A stretch of 32,000 nt of DNA from Cereibacter sphaeroides 2.4.1 (GCF_000012905.2 NC_007494.2:60001-92000); one strand, 5' to 3'; counted from the stretch's first letter, positions 17,485 through 26,054 are shown. Translations and numbers: made by a program. The notes: generated by a model from the sequence alone, not told the origin.

Positions 17485-18052
17485 TCACCTTCGTCGGCGG
17501 GCGCATCGCCGCGGGAGACCCGCACCGCCAGACCGCTGCCCGTCGCCCTCGTGATCAGGTGGCGGGCCGCCCGTCAGCGTCTCGACGCGTAGCGGAGCGC
17601 GACGGCACCGCAGCTGAGCTCCTTCCGGCCGACGAGGGTCAACTCGACGTATCTCGTGGGCTCCGCCAACAGGTGGGACCGTGCCCCGCAATCCGGGGCT
17701 GCACGACGAACCCGAACTCGTCGATCAGGCCCAGGCCAGCTTTCCCAGCCTCCTCCGCCTCGCGGGCTCTGCATCCATCGCAGCGCCCCGCGCTTGAGCG
17801 GCCGCTCGGGCTCTGCCGCGCCGCATCTGGCCGCCGCACCTCAGGGCGCGGGACGTTCGACGGGATGGCCGCCTCTTTCGCGCAGGCACGTCCTTCCCGC
17901 GAAAAGCGCCGGACACCCGACTGTCGGTCCGCGACCGCCGATTGGTCGCCGGTCCGATCTCTCCCCGTCATCGGAGCGATCGATGGCCGACCTGCCGAAG
18001 GAGCGCCGGCGGAAGCGTGCCAGGGACCTCGCGGATCGGCCAAAAAATTCAT
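17485..18052 (-). pseudogene. Possible degenerate IS630-family (DDE_3) transposase fragment with frameshifts and an in-frame stop
   Basis: There is no intact ORF, but minus-strand segments have host-like codon bias. One segment is ...EAEEAGKAGLGLIDEFGFVVQPRIAG (IDEFGF at 17708-17725; GC3 15/17). After a frame change comes HLLAEPTRYVELTLVGRKELSCGAVALRYA (GC3 35/40), ending at TGA 17574-17576. The pattern (L/V)xDExGFxxxP ... GRKxLSxxGA resembles the region around the first catalytic Asp of IS630-type transposases. This comparison is from memory only. Confidence 0.3.
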
Positions 18053-18068
18053 TTTGAGAAGTCCGCAT

Positions 18069-18082
18069 TTGACGTCAATCAA
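18069..18082. promoter_or_regulatory. FNR/FnrL-type box upstream of dorS
   Basis: TTGAC-GTCA-ATCAA matches the consensus TTGAT-N4-ATCAA at 9 of 10 positions. It lies 154 bp upstream of the dorS ATG. FnrL-dependent anaerobic induction of dorS is established for R. sphaeroides. Confidence 0.6.
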
Positions 18083-18235
18083 GGATTGTCCCGCATTAAC
18101 CTATCAGATCGGCCGAGACGGTCTGCCGCAGTCGAAGGCGGCGGATCATGGAGATGGACGTGCCGGGCGCGCGGAACGGGCAAGGGGCTCGCGCCCCGGA
18201 GCCCCACTTCATGCGCCTTGGAAGGAGTTTGGTCG

Positions 18236-20677
18236 ATGATAGCCGAGAAGTCGGAGCGGTTCTTCCCCTTTGCGGTCAGTGCGGAACTTGCGCCCGTGGG
18301 CGTCTCGGCGGCCGAACGGAGCGCGCTTGCCGACTATCTGGAGTCGAGCGAGACCCTTCTGACCGAACGCGTTGTCGCCTACGCCAGCACCCGCAGCTAC
18401 AGCCACCTCGTCTCGACGCTGCCCGAGGCCTGGCGCTCGTCCGTTCAGGGGCTGACGGACTCCGTCATCCTCATGCTCGACCACCAGTCGGCCGAAGCCG
18501 CCATCGACTATGACGCAGATATCGGCACCGATCCCAGCACCGCCTATGGCATCGAGGCCGGTCTCCGCCACCGCCTGCGGGGCATCTCGCTCGAGACCTT
18601 CATCGGCGCCTTCAAGGGCTATCGCGATGTCTATCTGAATGTCACCGCCGAGGCGCGGGTTCCCGCCGCGATGCGCGAGGGCTGGTTGCGCCTCCTGCGG
18701 GGTTTCTTCGACCGGGCCGAGATTGGGATCTGCGCCCATTGGAGCGGCGAGCTGGGCACTCTCGATCACGACCAGCTGCTCTCGGTGAACCGGGCGCTCG
18801 TCAACGAGAAGAACAAGTATCTGACCATCTTCGAAAGCATGAACAATCCGGTGCTGCTGGTGGATGACGGCGGGCGCATCGAGAACATGAACTTCGCCGC
18901 CGCGCGTCTCTTCCTGCAGGATGCCCTGCCGGGCTCGGTCTATTACGGGCCGGAGGCGAACCTCAGGTTCGCCGATCTCGCGGGTTTCGACCTCGAGGCG
19001 GTGAAGCTGCGCGGCGAGGCGGGCGATGTGCTGACCTGCATCGGCGAGCGCTGGTACTCGATCACGGCGCAGGAGATGCTGGACGTCAGCCGCAAGTTCG
19101 TGGGCATCGTGGTCACCTTCCACGACGTGACCGAAGCGCGGCGGGCGCGCGAACAGGCCGAGGCGCTGGCCCGCGCCAAGACCGACTTCCTCGCCACGAT
19201 GAGCCACGAGATCCGCACCCCGATCCACAGCATCGGGGGGGTCACCGAACTTCTCAAGCAGTCCGAGCTTGCCTCCCGCGACCGCGGCTATGTTGATGCG
19301 ATCGAGCGGTCGACCGAGGTGCTCGCCTCGATCGTGAGCGACGTGCTCGATTACGCGCGGATCGAGTCCGGGCTGGTCGAGCTCGAGCAGGTGGATTTCT
19401 CGATCGACCAGATCCTCGACGATGTGGCGCGGATGATGCAGCCGCTGGTGCGCCGCAAGCCGCAGCTTCGCATCGTGATCGAGCGGACGGACCTGCCGCC
19501 GGTCCTGGGAGATGCAGGCAAGCTGCGGCAGATCCTCATCAATCTCACGAGCAACGCGGTGAAGTTCACCCCGGAGGGAACCGTTGTGATCGGGGCCGAG
19601 CGCCTCGCCGGCGGCCATCGCTTCCGCTTCACCGTGAGCGATACCGGGCCGGGCATCGCGGCCGAGAAGCTCGAGGAGATCTTCAAACCCTATATCCAGT
19701 CCGACAGCTCGATCTCGCGCCGCCACGGCGGCACCGGCCTCGGTCTCGCGATCTGCCGGAGGCTCGCCGGACATCTGGGGGGGCGCCTCGACGTGCGCAG
19801 CACGCCCGGCTTCGGCAGCCGCTTCACGCTGGAAGTGGCGCTCGCTCCGGGCGGGAGCGAGCCCCCGGGCGATGCGACGGCCGACGCGCCTCCGCCGGCA
19901 CGGGCGCTGGATCTGCTGGTGGTCGAGGATGACGAGGTGAATGCGCTGGTGGCGCAGAGCCTGCTCTCGGCTGCCGGCCACGGCGTCCGGGTCGCCGGCA
20001 CCGGCGAGGCGGCGCTCGTCGCCCTCGGCGAGCACCGCTTCGACCTCGTGCTGACGGACCTCAACCTGCCGGACATGGACGGGCTGGAGCTGGCCCGCAC
20101 GATCCGCCGCCACGCCGACAGGCACACGGCGGAGCTGCCGTTGGTGGCGCTCTCCGCGCATGGCCCGGGTGTGGATCCGGCGGCGCTGACCGAGGCGGGG
20201 ATCGACGCCTTCCTGGGCAAACCCTTCCATTTCGCGCGTCTTGAAGAGATCCTCTCCCGTCTGGTCGGAAGTTCCTCGCCCACGCCGCTGGGCAAGGCCG
20301 CGCCGGCCCGGCGCGCCTTGCAGTCGGTGGATCTCTGCGTGCTGCGGGGTCATGCCGAGGCGCTGGGACGTACCTCTGCCGCACGGATCGTCCAGACCTT
20401 CCGGCAGAGCGTGCTCGAGACGGCCCGTGCGCTGGAACTGGCGATGGATGAGGCCGACATGCGGTCCGTGACGTCTCTGGCCCACCGGCTGAAGGGGGCG
20501 GCGCGGCATCTGGGCTTCAGGGGTCTCTCCGACAAGGCAGAGCAGGTCGAGACCGCGGCCGCGGCGGACGGCTGCGAGGCCGCTCTGGTGCTCGAGCTGG
20601 TCTCCGACTGCCGCGCCGCTCCGGCGCTGGCCGATCTCGCCTGGGCCGAAGCCAGTGCCGGAGTGGCCGAGAGCTGA
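18236..20677 (+). CDS. dorS: Hybrid sensor histidine kinase DorS (sensor + PAS-like + HisKA + HATPase + REC + HPt)
   Basis: Lies within track ORF 17942..20677. ATG 18236 is 8 nt after GGAAGGAG. The H-box is ATMSHEIRTP, the N-box is LINLTSNAVKFT, G1 is DTGPGI and G2 is GGTGLGLAI. The receiver reads LLVVEDDEVN...DLVLTDLNLPDMDG...LGKP and the HPt site is AHRLKGAARHLG. The gene lies in the dor locus. Confidence 0.9.
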   Translation: MIAEKSERFFPFAVSAELAPVGVSAAERSALADYLESSETLLTERVVAYASTRSYSHLVSTLPEAWRSSVQGLTDSVILMLDHQSAEAAIDYDADIGTDPSTAYGIEAGLRHRLRGISLETFIGAFKGYRDVYLNVTAEARVPAAMREGWLRLLRGFFDRAEIGICAHWSGELGTLDHDQLLSVNRALVNEKNKYLTIFESMNNPVLLVDDGGRIENMNFAAARLFLQDALPGSVYYGPEANLRFADLAGFDLEAVKLRGEAGDVLTCIGERWYSITAQEMLDVSRKFVGIVVTFHDVTEARRAREQAEALARAKTDFLATMSHEIRTPIHSIGGVTELLKQSELASRDRGYVDAIERSTEVLASIVSDVLDYARIESGLVELEQVDFSIDQILDDVARMMQPLVRRKPQLRIVIERTDLPPVLGDAGKLRQILINLTSNAVKFTPEGTVVIGAERLAGGHRFRFTVSDTGPGIAAEKLEEIFKPYIQSDSSISRRHGGTGLGLAICRRLAGHLGGRLDVRSTPGFGSRFTLEVALAPGGSEPPGDATADAPPPARALDLLVVEDDEVNALVAQSLLSAAGHGVRVAGTGEAALVALGEHRFDLVLTDLNLPDMDGLELARTIRRHADRHTAELPLVALSAHGPGVDPAALTEAGIDAFLGKPFHFARLEEILSRLVGSSSPTPLGKAAPARRALQSVDLCVLRGHAEALGRTSAARIVQTFRQSVLETARALELAMDEADMRSVTSLAHRLKGAARHLGFRGLSDKAEQVETAAAADGCEAALVLELVSDCRAAPALADLAWAEASAGVAES

Positions 20678-20694
20678 GGCGGTCTCTTCCGGCG

Positions 20695-21393
20695 TCAGGC
20701 CTGGAAGACGTAGCCGATGCCGTGAACGGTCACGATCAGCCGCGGGTCGGAAGGGTCCGCCTCGATCTTGCGGCGGATGCGGCGCACTAGCACGTCGATG
20801 GTCCGGTCGAAGGTCTCGTGCCCGCGGCGGCCGACATGGTTCATCAGCTGGTCGCGGGTCAGGACCTGCCCGGGATGGGCCACGAAGGTGGCCAGCAGCT
20901 CGAACTCGGCCCGTGTCAGTTTGACATGATTGCCCGCGGGATCGGTCAGCGCCCAATGGGCCGCGTCGAGGGTCCAGCCGTCGAAGGTCGTCGCCGGCTG
21001 GTCCGGCCGCACCAGCCGCAGGGCCGCCACCCGCCGGGCGAGATTCTTTGCCCGCGGCAGGATCTCGCGCATGTTGTAGGGCTTGGTCACATAATCGTCC
21101 GCGCCGAGCTCCAGCGCCACGATCCGGTCCACATCCTCCTTCCGGCTCGTCACCATGATGATGCCGACCTCGGACTGCCGGCGCAGTTCCCGCAGAATCG
21201 ACAGCCCGTCCTCGCCCGGCATGTTGATGTCGAGCATCACCACATCCACGTCGCCCTTGGCGAAGACGCGGCGCATCTGCTCGCCGTCGCGCGCCTCGCT
21301 GACCTCGTGATTTTCCTTGCGCAGATACATCGCGAGCGTCTGGCGGCTGACCGGATCGTCCTCGACGACAAGCATGTGGTAGTTCTTCTTCAT
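20695..21393 (-). CDS. dorR: OmpR/TorR-family response regulator DorR
   Basis: 232 aa. The receiver reads MLVVEDDPVSR...DVVMLDINMPGEDG...TSR, followed by a C-terminal winged-helix (LTRAEFELLATFVAHPGQVLTRDQL...VHGIGYVF). It is divergent from dorC. Confidence 0.9.
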   Translation of the reverse strand: MKKNYHMLVVEDDPVSRQTLAMYLRKENHEVSEARDGEQMRRVFAKGDVDVVMLDINMPGEDGLSILRELRRQSEVGIIMVTSRKEDVDRIVALELGADDYVTKPYNMREILPRAKNLARRVAALRLVRPDQPATTFDGWTLDAAHWALTDPAGNHVKLTRAEFELLATFVAHPGQVLTRDQLMNHVGRRGHETFDRTIDVLVRRIRRKIEADPSDPRLIVTVHGIGYVFQA

Positions 21394-21476
21394 GACGCGC
21401 GAGGTCTCCTGCGGCCGGTTGGACCTAATGCACCCTTTCGCGCCCCGATTTCAACGGCAACTCATTCACTTGGCCG

Positions 21477-21540
21477 CTGTTAACATCCTGTTCACATCAT
21501 TTTACGCCAGGTTAACAATCTGACGCAACGCGGTTCACAC
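21477..21540 (+). promoter_or_regulatory. Four tor-box-like decamers (candidate DorR binding sites) upstream of dorC
   Basis: The four sites are CTGTTAACAT (21477-21486), CTGTTCACAT (21488-21497), aGGTTAACAa (21509-21518) and cGGTTCACAc (21531-21540). Core offsets are 11, 21 and 22 bp. For comparison, the E. coli TorR box is CTGTTCATAT. Confidence 0.55.
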
Positions 21541-21662
21541 CGCTCCTCCACCTTGGCTTTCAACAGAGGCAGCAAGCCGGTGGACCTTCGGGGAAGGACC
21601 GGCGCGCCCGCCGCATTCCTGCGGCATGGGGGCGTTCTCGCGGCCGGGCTTCGGAGGCAAAA

Positions 21663-22841
21663 GTGATCAGCAGGATTTGGAAGGCTTTCTGGCGACCGAG
21701 CACGAAATGGGGGCTCGGCGTCCTGCTCGTGACCGGCGGCATCGCCGGTGCGGTCGGATGGAACGGGTTCCACTATGTGGTGGAAAAGACCACCACGACG
21801 GAATTCTGCATCAGCTGCCACTCGATGCGGGACAACAACTACGAGGAATACAAGACCACCATCCACTACCAGAACACCTCGGGCGTGCGGGCGGAATGCG
21901 CCGACTGTCACGTCCCGAAATCCGGCTGGAAGCTCTACCGCGCGAAGCTCCTCGCCGCGAAGGACCTCTGGGGCGAAATTCAGGGCACCATCGACACGCG
22001 TGAGAAGTTCGAGGCGCACCGGCTCGAGATGGCCGAGACCGTCTGGGCCGACATGAAGGCCAACGACTCGGCCACCTGCCGGACCTGCCACTCGTTCAAC
22101 GCGATGGACTTCGCCCACCAGAAGCCCGAGGCCTCGAAGCAGATGCAGCAGGCGATGAACGAGGGCGGAACCTGCATCGACTGCCACAAGGGCATCGCCC
22201 ACAAGCTGCCCGACATGGCCAGCGGCTACCGCGCGCTGTTCTCGAAGCTCGAGAAGGCCTCGCAGTCGCTCAAGCCCAGCAAGGGCGAGACGCTCTATCC
22301 GCTCCAGACCATCGAGGCCTATCTCGAGCGGCCCTCGGGCGACAAGGCGAAGGCCGACGGCCGGCTTCTGGCCGCGACGCCGATGCAGGTGGTCGACGTG
22401 AAGGGTGAGTGGGTGCAGGTCGCGGTGAAGGGCTGGCAGCAGGAAGGCGCCGAGCGGGTCATCTACGAGAAGCAGGGCAAGCGGATCTTCAACGCCGCAC
22501 TGGCGCCGACGGCCACGGGCTCGATCGTGGCGGGCGCGTCCATGGTCGATCCGGACACCGAACAGACCTGGACGGATGTCTCGCTGACGGCCTGGGTGCG
22601 CAACCGCGACCTGACCGACGACCAGGAAGCGCTCTGGCAGTATGGCAAGCAGATGTTCAACGGTGCCTGCGGCATGTGTCACGTCCTGCCCCACACCGAG
22701 CATTTCCTCGCCAACCAGTGGATCGGCACGCTCAACGCCATGAAGAGCCGGGCGCCGCTCGATGACGAACAGTTCCGCCTCGTGCAGCGCTACGTCCAGA
22801 TGCATGCGAAGGACGTGGAACCGGAAGGAGCTGCGGAATGA
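21663..22841 (+). CDS. dorC: Membrane-anchored pentahaem c-type cytochrome DorC (NapC/NirT/TorC family)
   Basis: 392 aa. GTG 21663 follows GGAGG (21653-21657). An N-terminal TM helix reads WGLGVLLVTGGIAGAVGW. There are five CXXCH motifs: CISCH, CADCH, CRTCH, CIDCH and CGMCH. Confidence 0.92.
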   Translation: MISRIWKAFWRPSTKWGLGVLLVTGGIAGAVGWNGFHYVVEKTTTTEFCISCHSMRDNNYEEYKTTIHYQNTSGVRAECADCHVPKSGWKLYRAKLLAAKDLWGEIQGTIDTREKFEAHRLEMAETVWADMKANDSATCRTCHSFNAMDFAHQKPEASKQMQQAMNEGGTCIDCHKGIAHKLPDMASGYRALFSKLEKASQSLKPSKGETLYPLQTIEAYLERPSGDKAKADGRLLAATPMQVVDVKGEWVQVAVKGWQQEGAERVIYEKQGKRIFNAALAPTATGSIVAGASMVDPDTEQTWTDVSLTAWVRNRDLTDDQEALWQYGKQMFNGACGMCHVLPHTEHFLANQWIGTLNAMKSRAPLDDEQFRLVQRYVQMHAKDVEPEGAAE

Positions 22842-23518
22842 CCCTCGCGCATTCCCTCCCCAGCGCCCACATGCCCGTCCCGGCGCCTGCCGCCGGGGCC
22901 GGCGAGATCGCCCCGCTCTGTGCCTGGCTGGCCGAAGTGTTCATCGCCCCGCCGTCGGCCCCCGAGATCGGCGCCTATCGCCGCGGGGAAGCCGCGGCCT
23001 GGCTGGCCAGCCTTGCGGCCGACCCCGACTTCGCCCCCGGCGCCGCCGCCATGCGGCAGGCGCTGGCCGGGGAGGGCAGCGACGAAGCCCTCGCAGCCCG
23101 GCTCGGGACGGCCTTCAACCGGCTGTTCCTCGGCTTCGGCGGCCGCCGCACGGTGGTGCCGTGCGAATCCGCCTGGCGGGGAAACGGGCGGCTCTATCAG
23201 GCCCCGGCGGCCGAGATGCAGCATCTCCTCGCCCGGGCCGACCTCTCGCTCGGCGCAGGCTGCGTCGAGCCGCCCGACCACATCTCGGTCGAGCTCGCGC
23301 TCCTGTCCTTCCTGCTCGTGAGCGGGGATCCCGGCACTAGCGCCATGAAAGAACGCCTGCAGGGCTGGATCCCGGCCTTCTGCGCACGTTGCCTCGAAGA
23401 GGATACGACGGGCTTCTGGGGAGGCGCCGCGCGTCTCCTGACCGCCGCGGTGGCCGCATGCCCCGCCCGGGACGAAGCCCGGCAAGACCGTCATACGGAA
23501 GAAAGGAAAGCCAGATGA
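22838..23518 (+). CDS. dorB: TorD-family redox-enzyme maturation chaperone (DorB in R. sphaeroides, DorD in R. capsulatus)
   Basis: 226 aa. It sits between dorC and dorA, with ATGA overlaps at both ends (22838-22841 and 23515-23518). It is TorD-like in size and helical, Ala/Leu-rich composition. Confidence 0.82.
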   Translation: MTLAHSLPSAHMPVPAPAAGAGEIAPLCAWLAEVFIAPPSAPEIGAYRRGEAAAWLASLAADPDFAPGAAAMRQALAGEGSDEALAARLGTAFNRLFLGFGGRRTVVPCESAWRGNGRLYQAPAAEMQHLLARADLSLGAGCVEPPDHISVELALLSFLLVSGDPGTSAMKERLQGWIPAFCARCLEEDTTGFWGGAARLLTAAVAACPARDEARQDRHTEERKAR

Positions 23519-25983
23519 CTAAGTTGTCAGGTCAGGAGCTGCATGCCGAACTCTCGCGGCGCGCCTTCCTGAGCTATACGGCGGCTGTGGGGGCTCTCGG
23601 TCTCTGCGGCACCTCGCTCCTCGCGCAGGGAGCCCGCGCGGAAGGTCTCGCCAACGGCGAGGTCATGTCGGGCTGCCACTGGGGCGTGTTCAAGGCCCGG
23701 GTCGAGAACGGCCGCGCCGTGGCCTTCGAGCCCTGGGACAAGGACCCCGCGCCGTCGCACCAGCTGCCGGGCGTGCTCGATTCGATCTATTCGCCCACGC
23801 GGATCAAATATCCGATGGTGCGCCGCGAATTCCTCGAGAAGGGCGTGAACGCCGACCGCTCCACCCGCGGCAACGGCGACTTCGTCCGCGTCACCTGGGA
23901 TGAGGCGCTCGACCTCGTGGCCAAGGAACTGAAGCGCGTTCAGGAAAGCTACGGGCCCACCGGCACCTTCGGCGGCTCCTACGGCTGGAAGAGCCCGGGC
24001 CGGCTGCACAACTGTCAGGTCCTCATGCGCCGCGCGCTGAATCTCGCGGGCGGGTTCGTGAACTCGTCGGGCGACTATTCGACCGGCGCCGCGCAGATCA
24101 TCATGCCGCATGTCATGGGCACGCTCGAGGTCTACGAGCAGCAGACCGCCTGGCCCGTGGTGGTGGACAACACCGAACTGATGGTCTTCTGGGCCGCCGA
24201 TCCGGTGAAGACCAACCAGATCGGCTGGGTGGTCCCCGACCATGGCGCCTTCGCGGGCATGCAGGCAATGAAGGAAAAGGGCACCAAGGTCATCTGCATC
24301 AACCCCGTGCGCACCGAGACGGCCGACTATTTCGGCGCCGAACTCGTGTCGCCGCGGCCGCAGACCGACGTGGCGCTGATGCTCGGCATGGCGCACACGC
24401 TCTACAGCGAGGATCTGCACGACAAGGACTTCATCGAGAACTGCACCTCGGGCTTCGACATCTTCGCGGCCTACCTGACCGGCGAGAGCGACGGCACGCC
24501 CAAGACGGCCGAATGGGCCGCCGAGATCTGCGGCCTGCCGGCCGAGCAGATCAAGGAACTCGCCCGCCGCTTCGTGGGCGGCCGGACGATGCTCGCCGCG
24601 GGCTGGTCGATCCAGCGGATGCACCATGGCGAACAGGCGCACTGGATGCTCGTCACGCTGGCCTCGATGATCGGCCAGATCGGTCTTCCGGGCGGCGGCT
24701 TCGGCCTCAGCTACCACTACTCCAACGGTGGCTCGCCCACGAGCGACGGCCCGGCGCTGGGCGGTATCTCGGACGGCGGCAAGCCGGTCGAAGGTGCGGC
24801 CTGGCTGTCGGCGAGCGGCGCGGCCTCGATCCCCTGCGCCCGCGTGGTGGACATGCTGCTCAATCCGGGCGGCGAGTTCCAGTTCAACGGTGCCACGGCG
24901 ACCTATCCCGACGTGAAGCTGGCCTACTGGGTGGGCGGCAACCCCTTCGCGCACCACCAGGACCGCAACCGGATGCTCAAGGCCTGGGAAAAGCTCGAGA
25001 CCTTCATCGTGCAGGACTTCCAGTGGACCGCCACCGCGCGCCACGCCGACATCGTCCTGCCGGCGACGACCTCCTACGAACGCAACGACATCGAGTCGGT
25101 GGGCGACTATTCGAACCGCGCCATCCTCGCGATGAAGAAGGTGGTCGATCCGCTCTACGAGGCCCGGTCGGACTACGACATCTTCGCAGCCCTGACGGAG
25201 CGTCTGGGCAAGGGCAAGGAATTCACCGAAGGCCGCGACGAGATGGGCTGGATCAGCTCGTTCTACGAGGCGGCGGTGAAGCAGGCCGAGTTCAAGCAGA
25301 TGGAGATGCCGTCGTTCGAGGACTTCTGGTCGGAAGGGATCGTCGAGTTCCCGATCACCGAGGGCGCGAACTTCGTTCGCTATGCCGACTTCCGCGAGGA
25401 TCCGCTGTTCAACCCCCTCGGCACGCCCTCGGGCCTGATCGAGATCTACTCGAAGAACATCGAGAAGATGGGCTATGACGATTGCCCGGCCCATCCGACC
25501 TGGATGGAACCGGCCGAGCGTCTCGGCGGGCCGGGGGCGAAATATCCGCTCCATGTGGTGGCGAGCCACCCGAACTCGCGGCTGCACTCGCAGCTGAACG
25601 GCACCTCGCTGCGCGACCTCTATGCGGTGGCGGGGCACGAGCCCTGTCTCATCAACCCCGACGATGCGGCCGCGCGCGGCATCGCGGACGGCGATGTGCT
25701 GCGGGTGTTCAACGACCGCGGGCAGATCCTCGTGGGCGCGAAGGTGAGCGACGCGGTGATGCCGGGCGCGATCCAGGTCTACGAGGGCGGCTGGTACGAC
25801 CCGCTCGACCCCTCGGAGGAAGGCACGCTCGACAAATACGGCGACGTGAACGTGCTGTCGCTCGACGTCGGCACCTCGAAGCTGGCGCAGGGCAACTGCG
25901 GCCAGACCATCCTCGCGGATGTCGAGAAATATGCGGGCGCGCCGGTGACGGTGACCGTGTTCGACACGCCGAAGGACGCCTGA
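23515..25983 (+). CDS. dorA: Periplasmic DMSO/TMAO reductase DorA (Mo-bisMGD enzyme), Tat signal
   Basis: Lies within track ORF 23389..25983. ATG 23515 follows GAAAGGAAAG. The Tat signal reads LSRRAFLSYTAAVGALGL...ARA. The mature N-terminus ...ANGEVMSGCHWGVFKARVENGRAVAFEPW matches what I remember of R. sphaeroides DMSO reductase. 822 aa. Confidence 0.96.
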   Translation: MTKLSGQELHAELSRRAFLSYTAAVGALGLCGTSLLAQGARAEGLANGEVMSGCHWGVFKARVENGRAVAFEPWDKDPAPSHQLPGVLDSIYSPTRIKYPMVRREFLEKGVNADRSTRGNGDFVRVTWDEALDLVAKELKRVQESYGPTGTFGGSYGWKSPGRLHNCQVLMRRALNLAGGFVNSSGDYSTGAAQIIMPHVMGTLEVYEQQTAWPVVVDNTELMVFWAADPVKTNQIGWVVPDHGAFAGMQAMKEKGTKVICINPVRTETADYFGAELVSPRPQTDVALMLGMAHTLYSEDLHDKDFIENCTSGFDIFAAYLTGESDGTPKTAEWAAEICGLPAEQIKELARRFVGGRTMLAAGWSIQRMHHGEQAHWMLVTLASMIGQIGLPGGGFGLSYHYSNGGSPTSDGPALGGISDGGKPVEGAAWLSASGAASIPCARVVDMLLNPGGEFQFNGATATYPDVKLAYWVGGNPFAHHQDRNRMLKAWEKLETFIVQDFQWTATARHADIVLPATTSYERNDIESVGDYSNRAILAMKKVVDPLYEARSDYDIFAALTERLGKGKEFTEGRDEMGWISSFYEAAVKQAEFKQMEMPSFEDFWSEGIVEFPITEGANFVRYADFREDPLFNPLGTPSGLIEIYSKNIEKMGYDDCPAHPTWMEPAERLGGPGAKYPLHVVASHPNSRLHSQLNGTSLRDLYAVAGHEPCLINPDDAAARGIADGDVLRVFNDRGQILVGAKVSDAVMPGAIQVYEGGWYDPLDPSEEGTLDKYGDVNVLSLDVGTSKLAQGNCGQTILADVEKYAGAPVTVTVFDTPKDA

Positions 25984-26024
25984 GGCGCCCCGGCCGGGGC
26001 GGCGGTTCCGCCGCCGCCTCACCT

Positions 26025-26054
26025 TCCCGGCCCGCACCCGCTGCCGGGCCGGGA
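26025..26054 (+). terminator. GC-rich hairpin downstream of dorA (possible terminator or attenuator)
   Basis: The stem pairs tCCCGGCCCg (26025-26034) with cGGGCCGGGa (26045-26054) across a 10-nt loop, followed by CTTCTG. A second hairpin, GGCGGCGG/CCGCCGCC, lies at 25998-26015. There is no clear U-tract. Confidence 0.33.

Noticed and set aside
17559-18239. 226-aa plus-strand ORF (and 17656..18057 on plus, 17639..18082 on minus) in the LuxR-dorS gap
   Set aside because: The translations are Arg/Ser/Pro-rich with no motifs. The codon-bias signal sits on the minus strand and switches frames, which suits a decayed gene better than any of these intact ORFs.
18209-20956. 915-aa minus-strand ORF
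   Set aside because: It is antisense to dorS and runs into dorR out of frame, so it is a shadow ORF.
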